Below, piece after piece: positions 36,525-49,200 of a stretch of 64,000 nt of DNA. The stretch's first letter is position 1. Every line of letters begins with the position of its first letter. This DNA comes from Lama guanicoe (taxonomy: Eukaryota). Under the pieces are notes generated by a model, which made no database searches, was not told the origin of the DNA, and saw only the letters and a program-made list of their open reading frames with translations. The position numbers and the translations under genes are program-made. The stretch lies in NCBI GenBank assembly GCA_013239625.1, contig MU054187.1, positions 22,878,795 through 22,942,794 on the forward strand. Direction: 5' to 3'.

Positions 36525-37272
36525 TTTGTTTCTCTACCCTCTTTCTGTTCCCTCCTTCCTAACTTCCACCTTCTGTGGCAAGAACTCAGACCTCACTCAA
36601 CTGTGTTTTTTTCCAACTTCCCTGAATGTTTTGCTGGTTTTCATTATCCTATACCCATACTCTGAAGGTAGATGTTCTTCTATCCTGAGATGCTCTTGTT
36701 TTTATGTATTTATTGAACGTCTCACTGATATCTTAAATGAAGTATGTGCAAAACTAAACCCTTGGCTTTATCCCCCAAATCTGAATTCTGATTGTACTTA
36801 GAGTAGATCTCCTAACCGTGGTGTACAAGGTGTGTTACCTCTCTACTTCCACCCCTCCCATCATTTCTTTCCAAGCATCCCCTTGCCCCGTTGGGTCTAG
36901 CAACATTAACTTTTGTTCTCACATGTAGAAAGCACATGCACACTGGGAGGATGCTGTCCATCCTGGCCTCTCAGCCTGGCATGCTCTTCTTTTACATCTC
37001 AGCTTAAGTACTTCATCTCCAGGGAGCCCATTTCCAACTGCTTATCATCTCCCACGTCCATTATTCTCTATCTTGGAATCCTGGGTTTTTTTAACTGCTT
37101 TTAATAGTGCCGTTGACTCTAGTTTGAAGGTGTTTTATTTGTTTTATCTGTAAGAATATAAGCTTCAGGAAGGCAGAAATCACATCGATATGTATATCCT
37201 TGTATCCCTATTACCTAATTTAGTACCTGGTGAATATGCCTGGTGAATATGCAGTAGATATTCGATGAATGG
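36525..37272 (+). mobile_element. L2 3' end inserted in EBLL
   Basis: Classic L2 terminus aagcttcaggaaggcag...tgtatcccta..tagtacctgg..gatattcgatgaatgg. Confidence 0.8.
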
Positions 37273-37939
37273 CTGTGTCTTAAGAATTAGTTTTGTTGGG
37301 GCACTTCCTTCTAGTTGTCTTTCAACACTGTCGTGTTGGTGTCTCTGGAACGTGCTCCCAGTGGAACTGGTCTGGGCTTGGAGCTGACCTCCTGGGAAGC
37401 ACAAACTTCGCTTGCGTAGGGATGGCTCCCTCTGCCCCGTACTGTGCACCTGCCCCCAGGACCTGCTCAGCCTTGATATCTCTGCTGTCAACTCACTTTT
37501 TGGCTACTTGTGTATCTCTTTAAATAGCCTGCTTCTTAGCCCTGTATTTATTTGTTTCATTTAGAAATGAAACCATGTCATAAAATTTGTATAACTATGT
37601 AAGAATAATAAATAATTTTAAATTGGCAGAAAAGCTCTCTTCTTTCCATTAATGACAGAACAGTCTGGAGTATGGGCAGCTCCCCCTAGCTGCAGTCCAA
37701 GAGTTTGTGGGTAAACTGACATTACAGTCACACTTTCCCACAAAGTTGTATCATATATGTGGTTATATCATACGTTAAGCTCCCTGCCTAGTCTTCAAGC
37801 TAGTATGTAAAGCACATTGAAAATGCCTTAAGTAAAATCCTAATGCCATGATGTCAAACAAGCTATTCCTGGAAGTGTTTTGCGTGATATGAAAAATAGG
37901 TCAGATTTGGGTGGATAACTTCACATTAGTTCAATTAGT

Positions 37940-38230
37940 CAGTAATCCTCAGGTAAGGGGGTCACAGAGTCAATCATGGGGCTTTTTTGTTTTTGTGTTT
38001 ATTGAGGTATAATTGACAAACATTATAACACATTTAAAGTGTACAACCTGATGGTTTGATAGAGGTACGCATTGTGAAAGGATTCTTGTGGGGCTTTTAA
38101 ATTACAGAAACGCCTAGGTGCAATCTGGAACATTATAAATTAGTGGGTCTGGATCTTGGTTGTTGGTGTTTGTGCATTTTTTAAAAAGCTTCACAGATGA
38201 TTCTGATACATTATGTCTCAAGAACCAGTG
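37940..38230. mobile_element. MER5-type hAT-Charlie element with a nested short L1 3' end (about 37987-38088)
   Basis: cagtaatcctca...tgcattttttaaaaagcttcacagatgattctgat...agaaccagtg; the L1 is flanked by tggggctttt repeats. Confidence 0.75.
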
Positions 38231-39319
38231 CTCCAGGCAACTTACTATCCCAGTTTCCCCAATCCACGAATTAAAGGAGCTCTTCCTCCAGGGGAGGAAA
38301 AAAGGTTAAGAGTTGTCACTGTGTGAATAGTAAAGCAGTCCTAATTTGGGGTCTCGGATCATTTTTATTTTCTTAATCTCCTTCCTATATTTGGAATTTC
38401 GGTGCTCTCTCCACCTATATGAGACTACTTGCCTCTTCTTTACCGTAACCTATTCCTATATTATGATAATAATGGACATTTTTGCTTGTATGAGGATGCC
38501 TTAGAGCTTATCTACTGGGTTTACAGTAAAATTCTCCTCTTGGATTTCCGTGCCTTCAATCCCTTGGACTACACTATAGCCAAACAACTCTTAGTGACTC
38601 TCCTAGGAACAAAACGCAGGCCTTCACACGTAGCAAAAAAGCATCTGATAAAAGTTTTCTATGCTGCTGGCAAAATGTTATTTTAATTTGCACTCCACTC
38701 TATCTGCTTGTGTATTATAAACTGACTGAGAGCTAACGTAGTCAGCTTATCTAAGTGCATAATCAAAACTAGATTGAACTGCAGCAAAATCTGCAATATA
38801 TGAAGGTGGCAAAAAAAAGATTCAAGATGAAATTTATGACCTGACCTCCTGTACATTATTTGCTATTGTTTGCTGTTGAGTGGGAAATAAATAAAGGCTG
38901 AGATAAGATCCTCGGTGTATCCAGCAGTAGAAGGTGGTACTTCCAGTCTCTGGGATTACTTCTCGAGACCCTGAAGGGCAATCAGATTGTCATGCAGCAG
39001 TGACAAGACAGTCCCTTTGGCTGACCTTTAACTTCAGTATATTTATGCACGGAGATTGAAGTATGATATTTTTGTGTGAGGCAGATTTGGTACACGATGA
39101 TAAAGAACTAGGAGCATGTATGGCTTCTGATTAATATTTGATGTAATAAAGATACCATAATTCAACTCGCATAAATCTCATTAGAATATAGAGCTGGGTT
39201 GGTGCACCTGAGCTGGGAGGAAAATATAAAAGTCAGAGTTTGTTCTATACAGAATCCTGAGCGAGATCGGCTTGAAGATAACGGGTAGGAAAAGAACAAA
39301 AGATAATACTGTTCTGTTC

Positions 39320-42300
39320 TTTGTTGACAATATGCCTCTTCCTCCAGCCTCATTGTCTACAATATTCCAGTTTTACATCCTCCAGCCATCCGACCAAACA
39401 GCAGGTCATTTGTCACTGCTAAATAAATCTGTTTATATTCTCAGCAACATCTTCACACAAAAAGAGCGGATGACCTGACACCGAAGTGCTGCCCATTGGG
39501 AGGGTCTCTCCTCACTGCTTGTCTTCAGGGCCACCCTGAGTGGGGCTATGCTACTGCTTTCCAAAGATGTGTGTTGCAGGCTTGCGCTTCCTGTGTGATG
39601 TCAGGTGCTGCCCTGTGGGTGTCCTGTTGGGGCTTGCCAGGGAAGCCACTCAGACCTTTTCTCTATCACTGATACCTCTGTACGTAGAATCTGCTGGAAT
39701 ATGAGCCAAGCAAATGGGCAGCCTGAACCATACCCCTTCTTGCCTTGGGCCCCACACAGACGTGACCTTCCGCAACACCTGAAAAACAGATCAGAAGACG
39801 CCTGCCGGATACTTCTCTGTGATGGGCGATACGAGGTGTAATAACTTGTGTCTTTTACATTGGAAGAACCGTCTCAGCACGCCCCAGATGAGGGAACACC
39901 TGAAACTTTTACTCATAGAGCAGACATCTCCTGTCCTCTGGGTCATGTCTCTGACCAGGGCGTCCGGAGTGTACGTGACGTCCTGCTCATCAGTACCTTT
40001 TACGTGGTTCCATTAATACAACCAGTGGCGTATCTGATACTTTGCAGAGTGTCCAGATGGTTCAGGTCCTTTTAGACCATCTTGTGACAGAAGGTTAAAC
40101 TTAGCCCTTGGGCAAAGCAACACATGCGAGTGTTACTTTTTCTGATCGTCCTAATGGATATAAAAAAAGGACTCGTTTGCTGGATCAAAAGTCTCACACC
40201 TCCTACCAGGGCAAGATGAATCCATCCTCGTTCCCATGATCTAGCTCTTTTATTTTTCATTGTTATACTTGCATGGGACAGACTGGTGAATTACATGAGA
40301 TGCGACGAGGACCACCACCCCGGCATCTAAGGGGTAAACTGAGCTCTGCAGCTAACCCCCCAATTTGATACATGCATCTATCTCTCCTGATTTACTAGCT
40401 TGTTCTGTTTCAGGGGCTTCCACTGTCTTCTGTTAACAACGATAATCCTTCTACCACTGGCCAAGGAATCAGTATGAAGGTTCTGACAGCTTTTAAGTAT
40501 GTTCATTTCCAACAAACATTCAGGGACTTGGGAAATGACCACCGAGTGGGTCTATGGAAAACTGTGAGATAGACCTTGGCCAGGACTCTCTTATCCTATG
40601 CCCAACTGCCCTTTAAAAACACAGGTAATCTCCTTAACCCAGGGTACACGTCCCTGGTTGCATTGCCTCTCAGGTGATGGACTGGGGGAGATCACTTCTG
40701 TGTACATTTGCCAAGGTTTTGCTGAGTATTCTTCAAAAACATCTGGCCTCTCTTGTGGCCAGTGCAGTCTTAGTCTGAGAACTGGTTCAGATTTGAGAAC
40801 TGGACAAGGGACTGACTTTCTATTGGGAAGCTGGTCACCTTCTGTTCATCCATTCTTCTGGTTTTTTTTTTAATATACTTTTATTGAATTATAGTCAGTT
40901 TACAATGTCGTGTCAATTTCTGGTGAACAGCACAATGCCTCAGTCGTACATGAATATACATATATTCGTTTTCATATTCTTTTTCAAAGTAAGCAACTAC
41001 AAGATATTGAATGTATTTCCCTGTGCTATACAGTATAAACTTGTTCATTTAGTTTATATATAACGGTTAGTATCTGCAAATCTCGAACTTTCAGTTTATC
41101 CCTTCCCACCTTCTTCCCCCCGGTAACCACCATAAGTTTGTTTTCTATGTCTGTGAGTCTGTTTCTGTTCTGTAAATAAATTCGTTTGTCTTTTTTTTTT
41201 TTGATTCCACGTATGAGTGATATCATATGGTATTTTTATTTCTTGTTACAGCTTACTTCACTTAGAATGACGATCTCCAGGTCCATCCATGTTGCTGTAA
41301 ATGGCATGTTCATCCATTCATGGTCTCTGTTGATTATATATTAAGCAGGGTTCTTGGTGGCTGCTCATCTGTCCTTCCTCCAGGAACATCATATTCTACA
41401 AACCATCTCCACAGACCTGTGAGTCAGGTCCGGCCCTAGCTGTCATTAAGACCGTTTTGCCTATAACAGTGATTCCTCTCACCTTGTCTAGGACAATTAA
41501 GTGATGCCACATGGCTGCTGATATCCTGCGAAGCCATTGTCCCCGTTAATAGCAGGAAGACCAGTTCTACATCTTTGTCTCTACACTACAGATTTCTCAG
41601 AAATGTCGGCGCCTCCCTCCCCAGGGCATTCCTTTCTGCCTTGATAAACAATGTGTCTTCTAGCCGCTCCTGAGAACAGGGTCGGGTGGGGGGGGTCTGT
41701 CTGTCTGATATCATGGATCTGCTCTGACATGCCCACTTCTCTGCGCCTTTTAAGTCTTTCTTCCACAGTTCCGAACTCTCTTCTGCATTTAATGTAGGCC
41801 TTGCTTTCTCTGATCTTCTATGGGGCTTGTGTATTAAAATGCCTCTAAGGGCCATTGCCAGGGAATTAAGTTCTCAGTCATGGGAGAACGACCTATGTTC
41901 GACAGGATTTGTTCTATACGGTTTAAGAATATTCAGCACTCTCAGGATCCACCTCCTGGCTAAGCTCCTGCTTCCTACAGCAAAGCTGGCTAGATCTTAC
42001 AACTCCTTCCTTATAAAGTCTCTCTCTCCTTGAGTGGGCTCCACACTTCGTCTACGGTCAGGCTAGACCCTCAGGGGATTTGACCCTCGTGGTTGGTCTG
42101 ATAGACAGAAGGAAAGGTGGGCAGCACTCACGAGGGCAAGCTCTGTGTTATGACACCTGCTCTGAGGACTGTTCAGAGTCTTTAGGCAAGAGAAGCTGCT
42201 CTTAATTGCTGGCTCAGAAGACTCAGGAAAACATGAAGGTCTACGTTTCTTCCCTGCACCTCCACAAATACCCACATCTCAGATTTCAAGCCTCAGCCTG

Positions 42301-42797
42301 ACTTTGGCATGTGAGCCTTGCCTGGGTGAAAATTCAGCTTTCTCTGATGATCTGTTACTTTTAAAATTAAGTCTTATGATTTATTAGCTCTCCAACTGTG
42401 GTAGATGGCAGTCCCTTTACACCCTGCCAAGGAGGCTTCCTGACTCCCAGACTTTACTTCAAACTGTTGGTGAATGGGTTGGCGCCTGTCATCTCTCTTC
42501 ATGCGTTAGTGCCTCTCAGCAATACCCGCTCCACTGCACACTAATTTTAGAGTGACTTCTCCCCCTGTGCCTATCAAATGCCAAAGACGGTGAATAAGCT
42601 AGTGCATCCGCAAGCTATATCCTGCCCTAGATCACCCCCGTGAAAGTCTCAGCAGTCGTTTTCTGCTTCATCACGCTGGGGACTGTCAGATGCCACCTGT
42701 GACCATAATGGAGTCCTCCTTGCTACGTGGCCAACGAGAAATCAGATTTTAAAATCCTACCCTTAGCGTCTACTCCCTAGACACTCCTGGCATCGAC
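39320..42797 (-). mobile_element. Degenerate ERVL internal region (gag-pol), LTR16-associated type
   Basis: Minus strand WGPRQE..EVSVIEKRSEWLPWQAPTG vs ERVL pol WGPEQE..EVSVADRDAVWSLWQAPIG; AVTNDL..WNIVDNEAGGRG vs AVANGL..WKIGDKEIWGRG. Confidence 0.8.
40856..41306 (-). mobile_element. Young L1 3' end inserted in the ERVL
   Basis: 13-bp TSD tgttcatccattc at 40843-40855 and 41307-41319. Confidence 0.9.
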
Positions 42798-43212
42798 TGT
42801 CCTAGGGCAGGTTTCCTACTAGCAAAGCTTAAAAAAGAGACTCCTGTGTGAGGCAGGGTTCTCAGAAAAAGCCCGTGAGGGAAGGAGGGAAGGAGGGAAG
42901 GGCGGAGGAAGAAGGTGGGCAATGATGCGAATTCAAGGCCAGTTCAGCCTGAGTTCCCGGGGCGTCCTGAAGCATGGCTTGCACTAAGGAGACTGTTCTC
43001 TTCAGGAACAGAGGGAGATGGGCACCAGCCGAGGGTGGTCCCAGGCAGAGAGTAGACACAGGGCCACCTGGGGATCTTTGAGCAAGCTGGCTCATGCCTG
43101 GCAAGGACAGTGCTTCAGGGGAGAGCTCCAGCGTGAGCCACTGGCAGTAGTAGGGGTGGGTGCAGCAGCCTGGCAGGGGGAGTCCAGTGGGGCGCCTACT
43201 ACGTCTGCAACA
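42798..43212 (-). mobile_element. LTR16-like ERVL 5' LTR
   Basis: Minus strand begins tgttgcagacg..gcgcccc..tgcacccacccc, like LTR16; TG..CA ends; abuts the ERVL internal region. Confidence 0.75.
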
Positions 43213-43224
43213 CCCCACGATAGA

Positions 43225-43440
43225 ATGGTGAGAGGCAATGTAATGTTAATAGCTTGACTTTTTGAGTTTTATGGCTCTGCATTCATTTGGGCAAGACGAT
43301 TAACCTTTCTGATTTTGTTTTCTTGACTGTAAAACAGGAACAATAACTCACGTTAAACTACAAAGGATTAAGTGAAGATGAGTTTGTAAAGTAGCCGGTG
43401 GAGCATTTGGCTGATAATAAGTGCTAAATTAATGTTGTGA
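43225..43440 (+). mobile_element. MIR SINE
   Basis: ttgggcaaga..ttaacctttctga..ctgtaaaacaggaacaataa..aggattaagtga..aataagtgct. Confidence 0.75.
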
Positions 43441-45259
43441 TGACTATGCAAGTAGAGCCTGGCTATTGTACGTGGGAAAAAAATGTATGTTTATCTAATT
43501 CTACTTAACACAGAAAGTTCATCTTTAACTCTTAATTGCCTCAAAAACAAAATGTGGCACTGTGCCTTTTAATTTAGTGCGAAGTAAAGTGGAAAAAAAA
43601 AAAACAGAAAAGTGCAACCATGACATCACATATAGGAATAAGAGTGTAATATTTCACCAAGATAAAGAAGTAGATACTATATATGCATTAATCACCGTGA
43701 TTTAAGTTTAGAGAAAGTGAGCTACTATTAGAATTTCTTTTCAGCATACCCCTCAGTACATTTTGAAACGGTTATTGGTGGAGAGGTTTGTCTGCGGTAA
43801 CACTCCACGCACGCATGAGCCTCTCTGCAGAGCTCAGGATGCCACTTTGCTTCACTGACTGCTCTCTGGGCACCTTAGTTTGAGTCCCTTCGTTCAGGAT
43901 CAGGTTTCCAGTCAAGAGATGTGATCTTTTTTATCGAGCAGCTAAGTTTTGTCTCCTATGGCTGTTGGCCCAGCCTTCGCTGTACGTAAGTGACGCATTG
44001 AATTGCAAGGCAGTGGTTGTGCACAATGACTGTATCTTGACATTTTTCTCTCACCTTTTCTGCTTAATTCAATTTCATTTCATCTCTCAAAGGCTGCTTT
44101 TCATCAGCTAATTCTCATTTTCTAGTTCCCTTTGGCAGGAAGACCTTTGCAAGCACTCCCTGTACTCGAATTTCTTCGTCTGATTGTGAGTGTTTGTATA
44201 TAATGAATGACACCAATTCACCCAAGAGTTTTTGGGCATTCTTTGTAACTGCCACTTACGCCCCCCCTGACACAATAACACACATGCACACATTCACTGT
44301 GAATACAATGCGTACTGCTAACCACTCCACTTTGGGTGGCTGTCCTCTAGGTGAGCATATTTATTTCATATTTGACCAACATTTAATATAAAGTTATGGC
44401 ATAATATCATATAATCAAACAGAGCATTCATAAAATTAAGCTTCAGCATGAAATTATTTTTGAAAGGCATTTGTCCTTAATTATAATTTAGTCTACTTAA
44501 CCTGTACCACCAGAGGTGACACGGAATGACTAATGGATTGAATCCATCAGCAAATGTGGATAAGAACTGTATTTATAGACATTGGCTTTACAAAAACACA
44601 TCTCTCTCAGGCATATAATTCTTTCCTTCACGTTACACAATGCTTTAGACAATAGCAATAATGAAAACTACGAGATATATATGTGCTGTATACAGCATAA
44701 TTAATTCACCATTATTTATATCAGTTTCTAAAAGCATTTAGAATTATAATGTGTATTATATATAATGTGTATTATATTTAGATATATGTATATATGTGTT
44801 TATATCTATATATATGCATATATAAACACATATATGCATATATCTAACCTTGTCCCTGGTACCCAATGCATTTAATGTTATTATCAACCACTTTGAAATT
44901 ATTTGCATTATGTTTGGTAGTAATTAATAAATATGAAAGGAAATGAGCAGATTTTTAAATTGTTTCCAGTTTCTGAGGCTTTCTTTTGAAAAGACTAGTG
45001 GAATGATGAGTCGTCACTATGAATGTAAGAAAATTAGCTGCACGTGTTTACAGAACAGTCTTAAGTGGAAAGGCACGAATAATACACGGTGTTTAAGCAT
45101 GTGAAATAGTTCTTAAGGTAGGGGTTCCCACTAGGGAGCTTAGGATGTTAAGTACCCAGGGTTTGGGGTCCAGTAAATATGAAATAAGGGTAGGTTTTAC
45201 TTACTAACGATTATCTTTTCTCATTTTGCTCAAGGCCAAAGACATTGCTGAAGTCCTAG

Positions 45260-46290
45260 GGAGGCTGCCTGTCTGTAATTGTCAGTCTCACGTTACCCTC
45301 GATGAACTGATTTCTTTTCTTTCTCACTGTCCACCAGCCCCTCCTGCCATTGTCTCTCTCCATACCCAGCTCATCGTTACAAACTCTTTTCTTGTCCAGT
45401 CCCATGAACCTTAGGTCCTCTTTGCCTGTCAAAAGTCCAGCTCTGGGTGAATCTAAAACCTCCCTTCTTGGAACACTATCCCCACTTCTCTTCTGTGACG
45501 TTTTCCTAACTTGCAGCCCATTTTTATTACCTTTTTTGCTTCCTTTCTCTGCTGAAGGATACATTTTGTCCTGGGTCTCTGTCTCTTCTCTGTCTCTATT
45601 CCTTTGCTGCTTCACTCCCATAATCTCATACAACCTTTAAAAAATTTTAGGCACCAAAATGATGTATTTCATTGCCTTTTGGACATGTTGACGTAAATGT
45701 CTCACCGCCCTCAGAATTAACAGGCTCAGTTTTACTTCCTGCCACCCAAATCTGTGCTCCCTGCCTCCTGTCACATACACTATCTCTCCTTCCCATTTAG
45801 TCCTCCAGTTTCAGTAAACGACATTCATCTGGGGCCTGAAATGGAAAACCGTCATATTTGATATTTACTTCATGCCCGTATCAATCTGTCAAGCAAGCCG
45901 GATTCTTTCCATACCTGAATATACCTCCGATCATGTTCTTTCCACGTCAGACTCTATCTCAGATCTGTTCTGTCTACCTGCCCTGCCTCCTCTCCAGGCT
46001 AGAAGTCTTAGCTGGGCCAATGCACTAGCTCTTACCTTTACTCTTTACAGCCCCTCTTGTTCCCTTCACTCTGCACATGGTGCCAAGAATGTTCACTCCT
46101 GCTGTTATCTCTTTTCCAACTTCCCAGCAACTCTAGGACAAATGGAAAAAAGAAAAAAGAAATGTCCCGCCATGACCTTATAAGCCTTTGCAACTTTGGT
46201 CCTTGCTCACCTCTCCAGCCTTTACTGACTTTTCTCTTTCACTCACTGTAACCCATCAAACAGTCTATTTTTCAACTTCTCAAACATTCA
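45260..46290 (+). mobile_element. L2 inserted just after motif C of unit-5 L
   Basis: Pyrimidine-rich L2 body: ttcccatttagtcctcc..aaacgaca; caatctgtcaagcaagcc; tcttagctgggccaatgc. Confidence 0.65.
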
Positions 46291-46299
46291 AAGCTTTTG

Positions 46300-49200
46300 T
46301 ATACTTAATAATATAATCATTAGTCATATGTTTAGATTTTTGCCAACCATTTTATTACCTGTTTTCTATTTTCCCCATTTTTTTCGTTTCTCTTATCTTC
46401 CTTGTTTCCTGACTTCTTTTGGGTTAATTGATTTTTGAAAATAAATTTAACTTGTATAAGAGATTTACAGTTCTATTTCGTTGCAATATTTTTAACGGTT
46501 TCTCCAGTGGATACAATACACATAAAATTTTTTTTTAACTGAAGTACAGTCAGTTACAATGTGTCAGTTTCTAGTGTACTGCACAATGTCCCAGTCATGC
46601 GTATACATCCATGTATTTGTTTTCATATTCTTTTTCATTAAAGGTTATTACAAGATATTCAACATAGTTCCCTGTGCTATACAGAAGAAACATTTTTTAA
46701 AATCTATTTTTATATATAGTGGCTAATATTTGTAAATCTCAAATGCCCAAATTTATTCCTTCCCATCCCCTTTCCCCAGTAACTATAAAATTGTTTACTA
46801 AGTCTGTAAAGGATCCGTTTCTGTTTTGTAGATGAGTTCATAGTCTTTTTTTTCTTTTTTCTTTTTTCTTTTTAGATTCCACATGTGAGTGATACCATAA
46901 GATATTTTTCTTTCTCTTTTGGTCTTACTTCACTTTAAATGATGATCTCTAGGTCCATCCATGTTGCTACAAGTGGCGTTATTTTATTCTTTTTTATGGC
47001 TGAGTAGTATTCTATTGTATAAATATACTAATGCCAGCTTCTTTATCCAGTCATCTGTTGATGGACATTTAGGTTGCTTCCATGTCTTGGCTATTGTATA
47101 TATTGCTGCTATGAACATTGGGGTGCATGTATCTTTTTGAATTAGAGTTCCCCACGGACGTACACTCAGAAGTGGGATTGCTGGATCATACAGTAAATCT
47201 ATTTTTAGTTTTTTGAGGATTTCCATAGTGTTTTCCATAATGGCACTAAATTACATTCCCACCAGCAGTGTAGGAGGGTTCCCTTTTCTCCACACCCTCT
47301 CCAGCACTTATTATTCAAAGACTTTTGAATGATGGCCATTCTGATCTGTTTATATATTCTGGAAATTAAGCCTTTGTCAGTCACTTCATTTGCAAATATG
47401 TTCTCCTGTTCTTCTTAGAGTTAAATATTATACCATTCCATGCAAAATGTAAAACTTTGCAGTCAATATTAGCCCATTTTTCTCACTCAAATTTGGCTAT
47501 AGTTGTCAGATATACCACATTTTAATGTGTTTTAAGTATGTATACTGGGCTTACACTATTAACTTTTCTCATTTAGCATTTAAAGTTATTTATCTCTAAG
47601 CATTGCTTTAGTAATTCCTCATAATTTGTTATTTTTATGTCAATTTAAAATATTTTAAAATTCTTCTTGAGTTTTTCTTTGATCTGTAGATTACTTTTTA
47701 TTTTTATTTTAAAATATTAAAACACACACAAGTACACACGTGTACATATTATAAAGCCCATTGTACAATGCTATGTTTTGCCTTAGTTGTAAGTGTTATT
47801 ATTAAGTTAAGAGAAAAAATATTTGTGTTTAGTAACTTAAATTCCATTTCTGATGCTCTTGACTCCCTCTCTAGGGTGAGATTTTGTTTGGTATCATTTT
47901 CCGTCTTCATTTCTCGTAGTGCTGTTTTGCTAAGGATGAATGAGCTTATTTTTTTTTATTCATTTTCTCTTCTTTCATTCTTGCAGGATATTTTCACTGT
48001 ATTTGTAAAACTGGGGTTGTCAGTTTTTCTTTTAGTACCTTAAACATTTGGTCCAGTGTCTTCTGGCCTCAAATTGTATGATGTGATGTGGATGTTTGTA
48101 TTGTTTCTATCTGTAGGTAATGTGTCTATTTGGGGAATTGCTTTTAAGATTTTCTTGTCATTTTGTAATTTCAGCTGTTTGGCTTTGATATGTTTGGCAA
48201 TAATTTTCTTTATATTTATCCAGTTTTGGGTTTGCTGAACTTATTGAAACTATAAATTTCTATTTCTATTTTATATTTCTATTTATATTTTACAATATTT
48301 TGGAAGCTTCTTGCCAATTTTCCTTCAAATATTTATTTCTGCCTCATTTTCTCCTCTCTATTTAAGATTCACTACATGAACATTATGACTTGATAATAGT
48401 CTATAAATTACTGAGGTTCTGTTCAGTGTTCTCAGTCTTTTTTCTTTGCTTTCTTCAAATTGGATAACATTGATCTATCTTCAATTCTACTGACTCAATT
48501 TTTACAAATCCAATTGAGTTTTTTCCTCTAGAGCTTTTAGAGTTTTCCATTTAGGTCTTCAATCCATTTTGAGTTTATTTTTGCATATGGTGTTAGAGAA
48601 TTTTCTAATTCCATTCTTTTTCAGGTAGCTGTCCAGTTTTCTCAGCACCACTTAATGAAGAGACTGTCTTTTCTCCATTGTATATTCTTGCCTCCTCTCT
48701 CATAGGTTAACTGACCATAGGTCTGTAGGTTTGTTTCTGGGCTCTCTATTCTGTTCCATCGATCTTTGTGTCTGGGTTTTCTCCCAGAACTATACTGTTT
48801 TGATTACTGTCACTTTGTAGTATGGTCTTAAGTCAAGAACATGATTCCTCAAGCTCCATTCTTCTTCCTCAAGATTGTTTTGTCTATTCAGGGTCTTTTG
48901 TGTTTCTGCACAAATTTTGAAATTATTTGTCTTAGTTTTGTGAAAAATACCATTGGTATTTTCATAGAGATCGCATTGAATCTGCAGATTGCCTTGGGTA
49001 GTATGGCCATTTAAACAATATTGGTTCTTCCAATACAAGAACACAGTATACCTTTCCATCTGTTTGCGTTGTCTTCAGTTTCTTTCTTCAGTGTGTTATC
49101 ATTTGATGAGTACAGGCATTTTACCTCCTTAGGTAGGTTTATTCTTTGGTATTTCGTTCTTTTTGATGCAATGGTAAGTAAATAGGATTGTTTCCTTAAT

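Larger units (their letters stand above)
29900..44391 (+). pseudogene. EBLL: Near full-length bornavirus-like L polymerase fossil (unit 4) in five segments: about 29900-30090, 34930-36520, 37290-37938, 38237-39300 and 43450-44391
   Basis: LRHPL..ILRQIVI; CLSTY/CLMTY; *FHVIK......RG/YFTIIK......QG; VRIMYV..ITPYF/IRIYQV..VMPYL; motif A 35925 DMFRLNLVRKHDC/DSFVINLDYSSWC; motif B 36179 RHCQW......WEI/RQKLW......WEI; motif C 36261 LGLGAK/LGQGDN; 37304 LPSSCLS/LTSSCLS; DGSL...LC; LYEDALELIYW/LVKDTLVLHQW; RPS; KIQDE; EWEINK/EWLISK; RLL..CG; EQLSFVSY/DKLESVCY; TLGG/TVGG. Confidence 0.9.
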
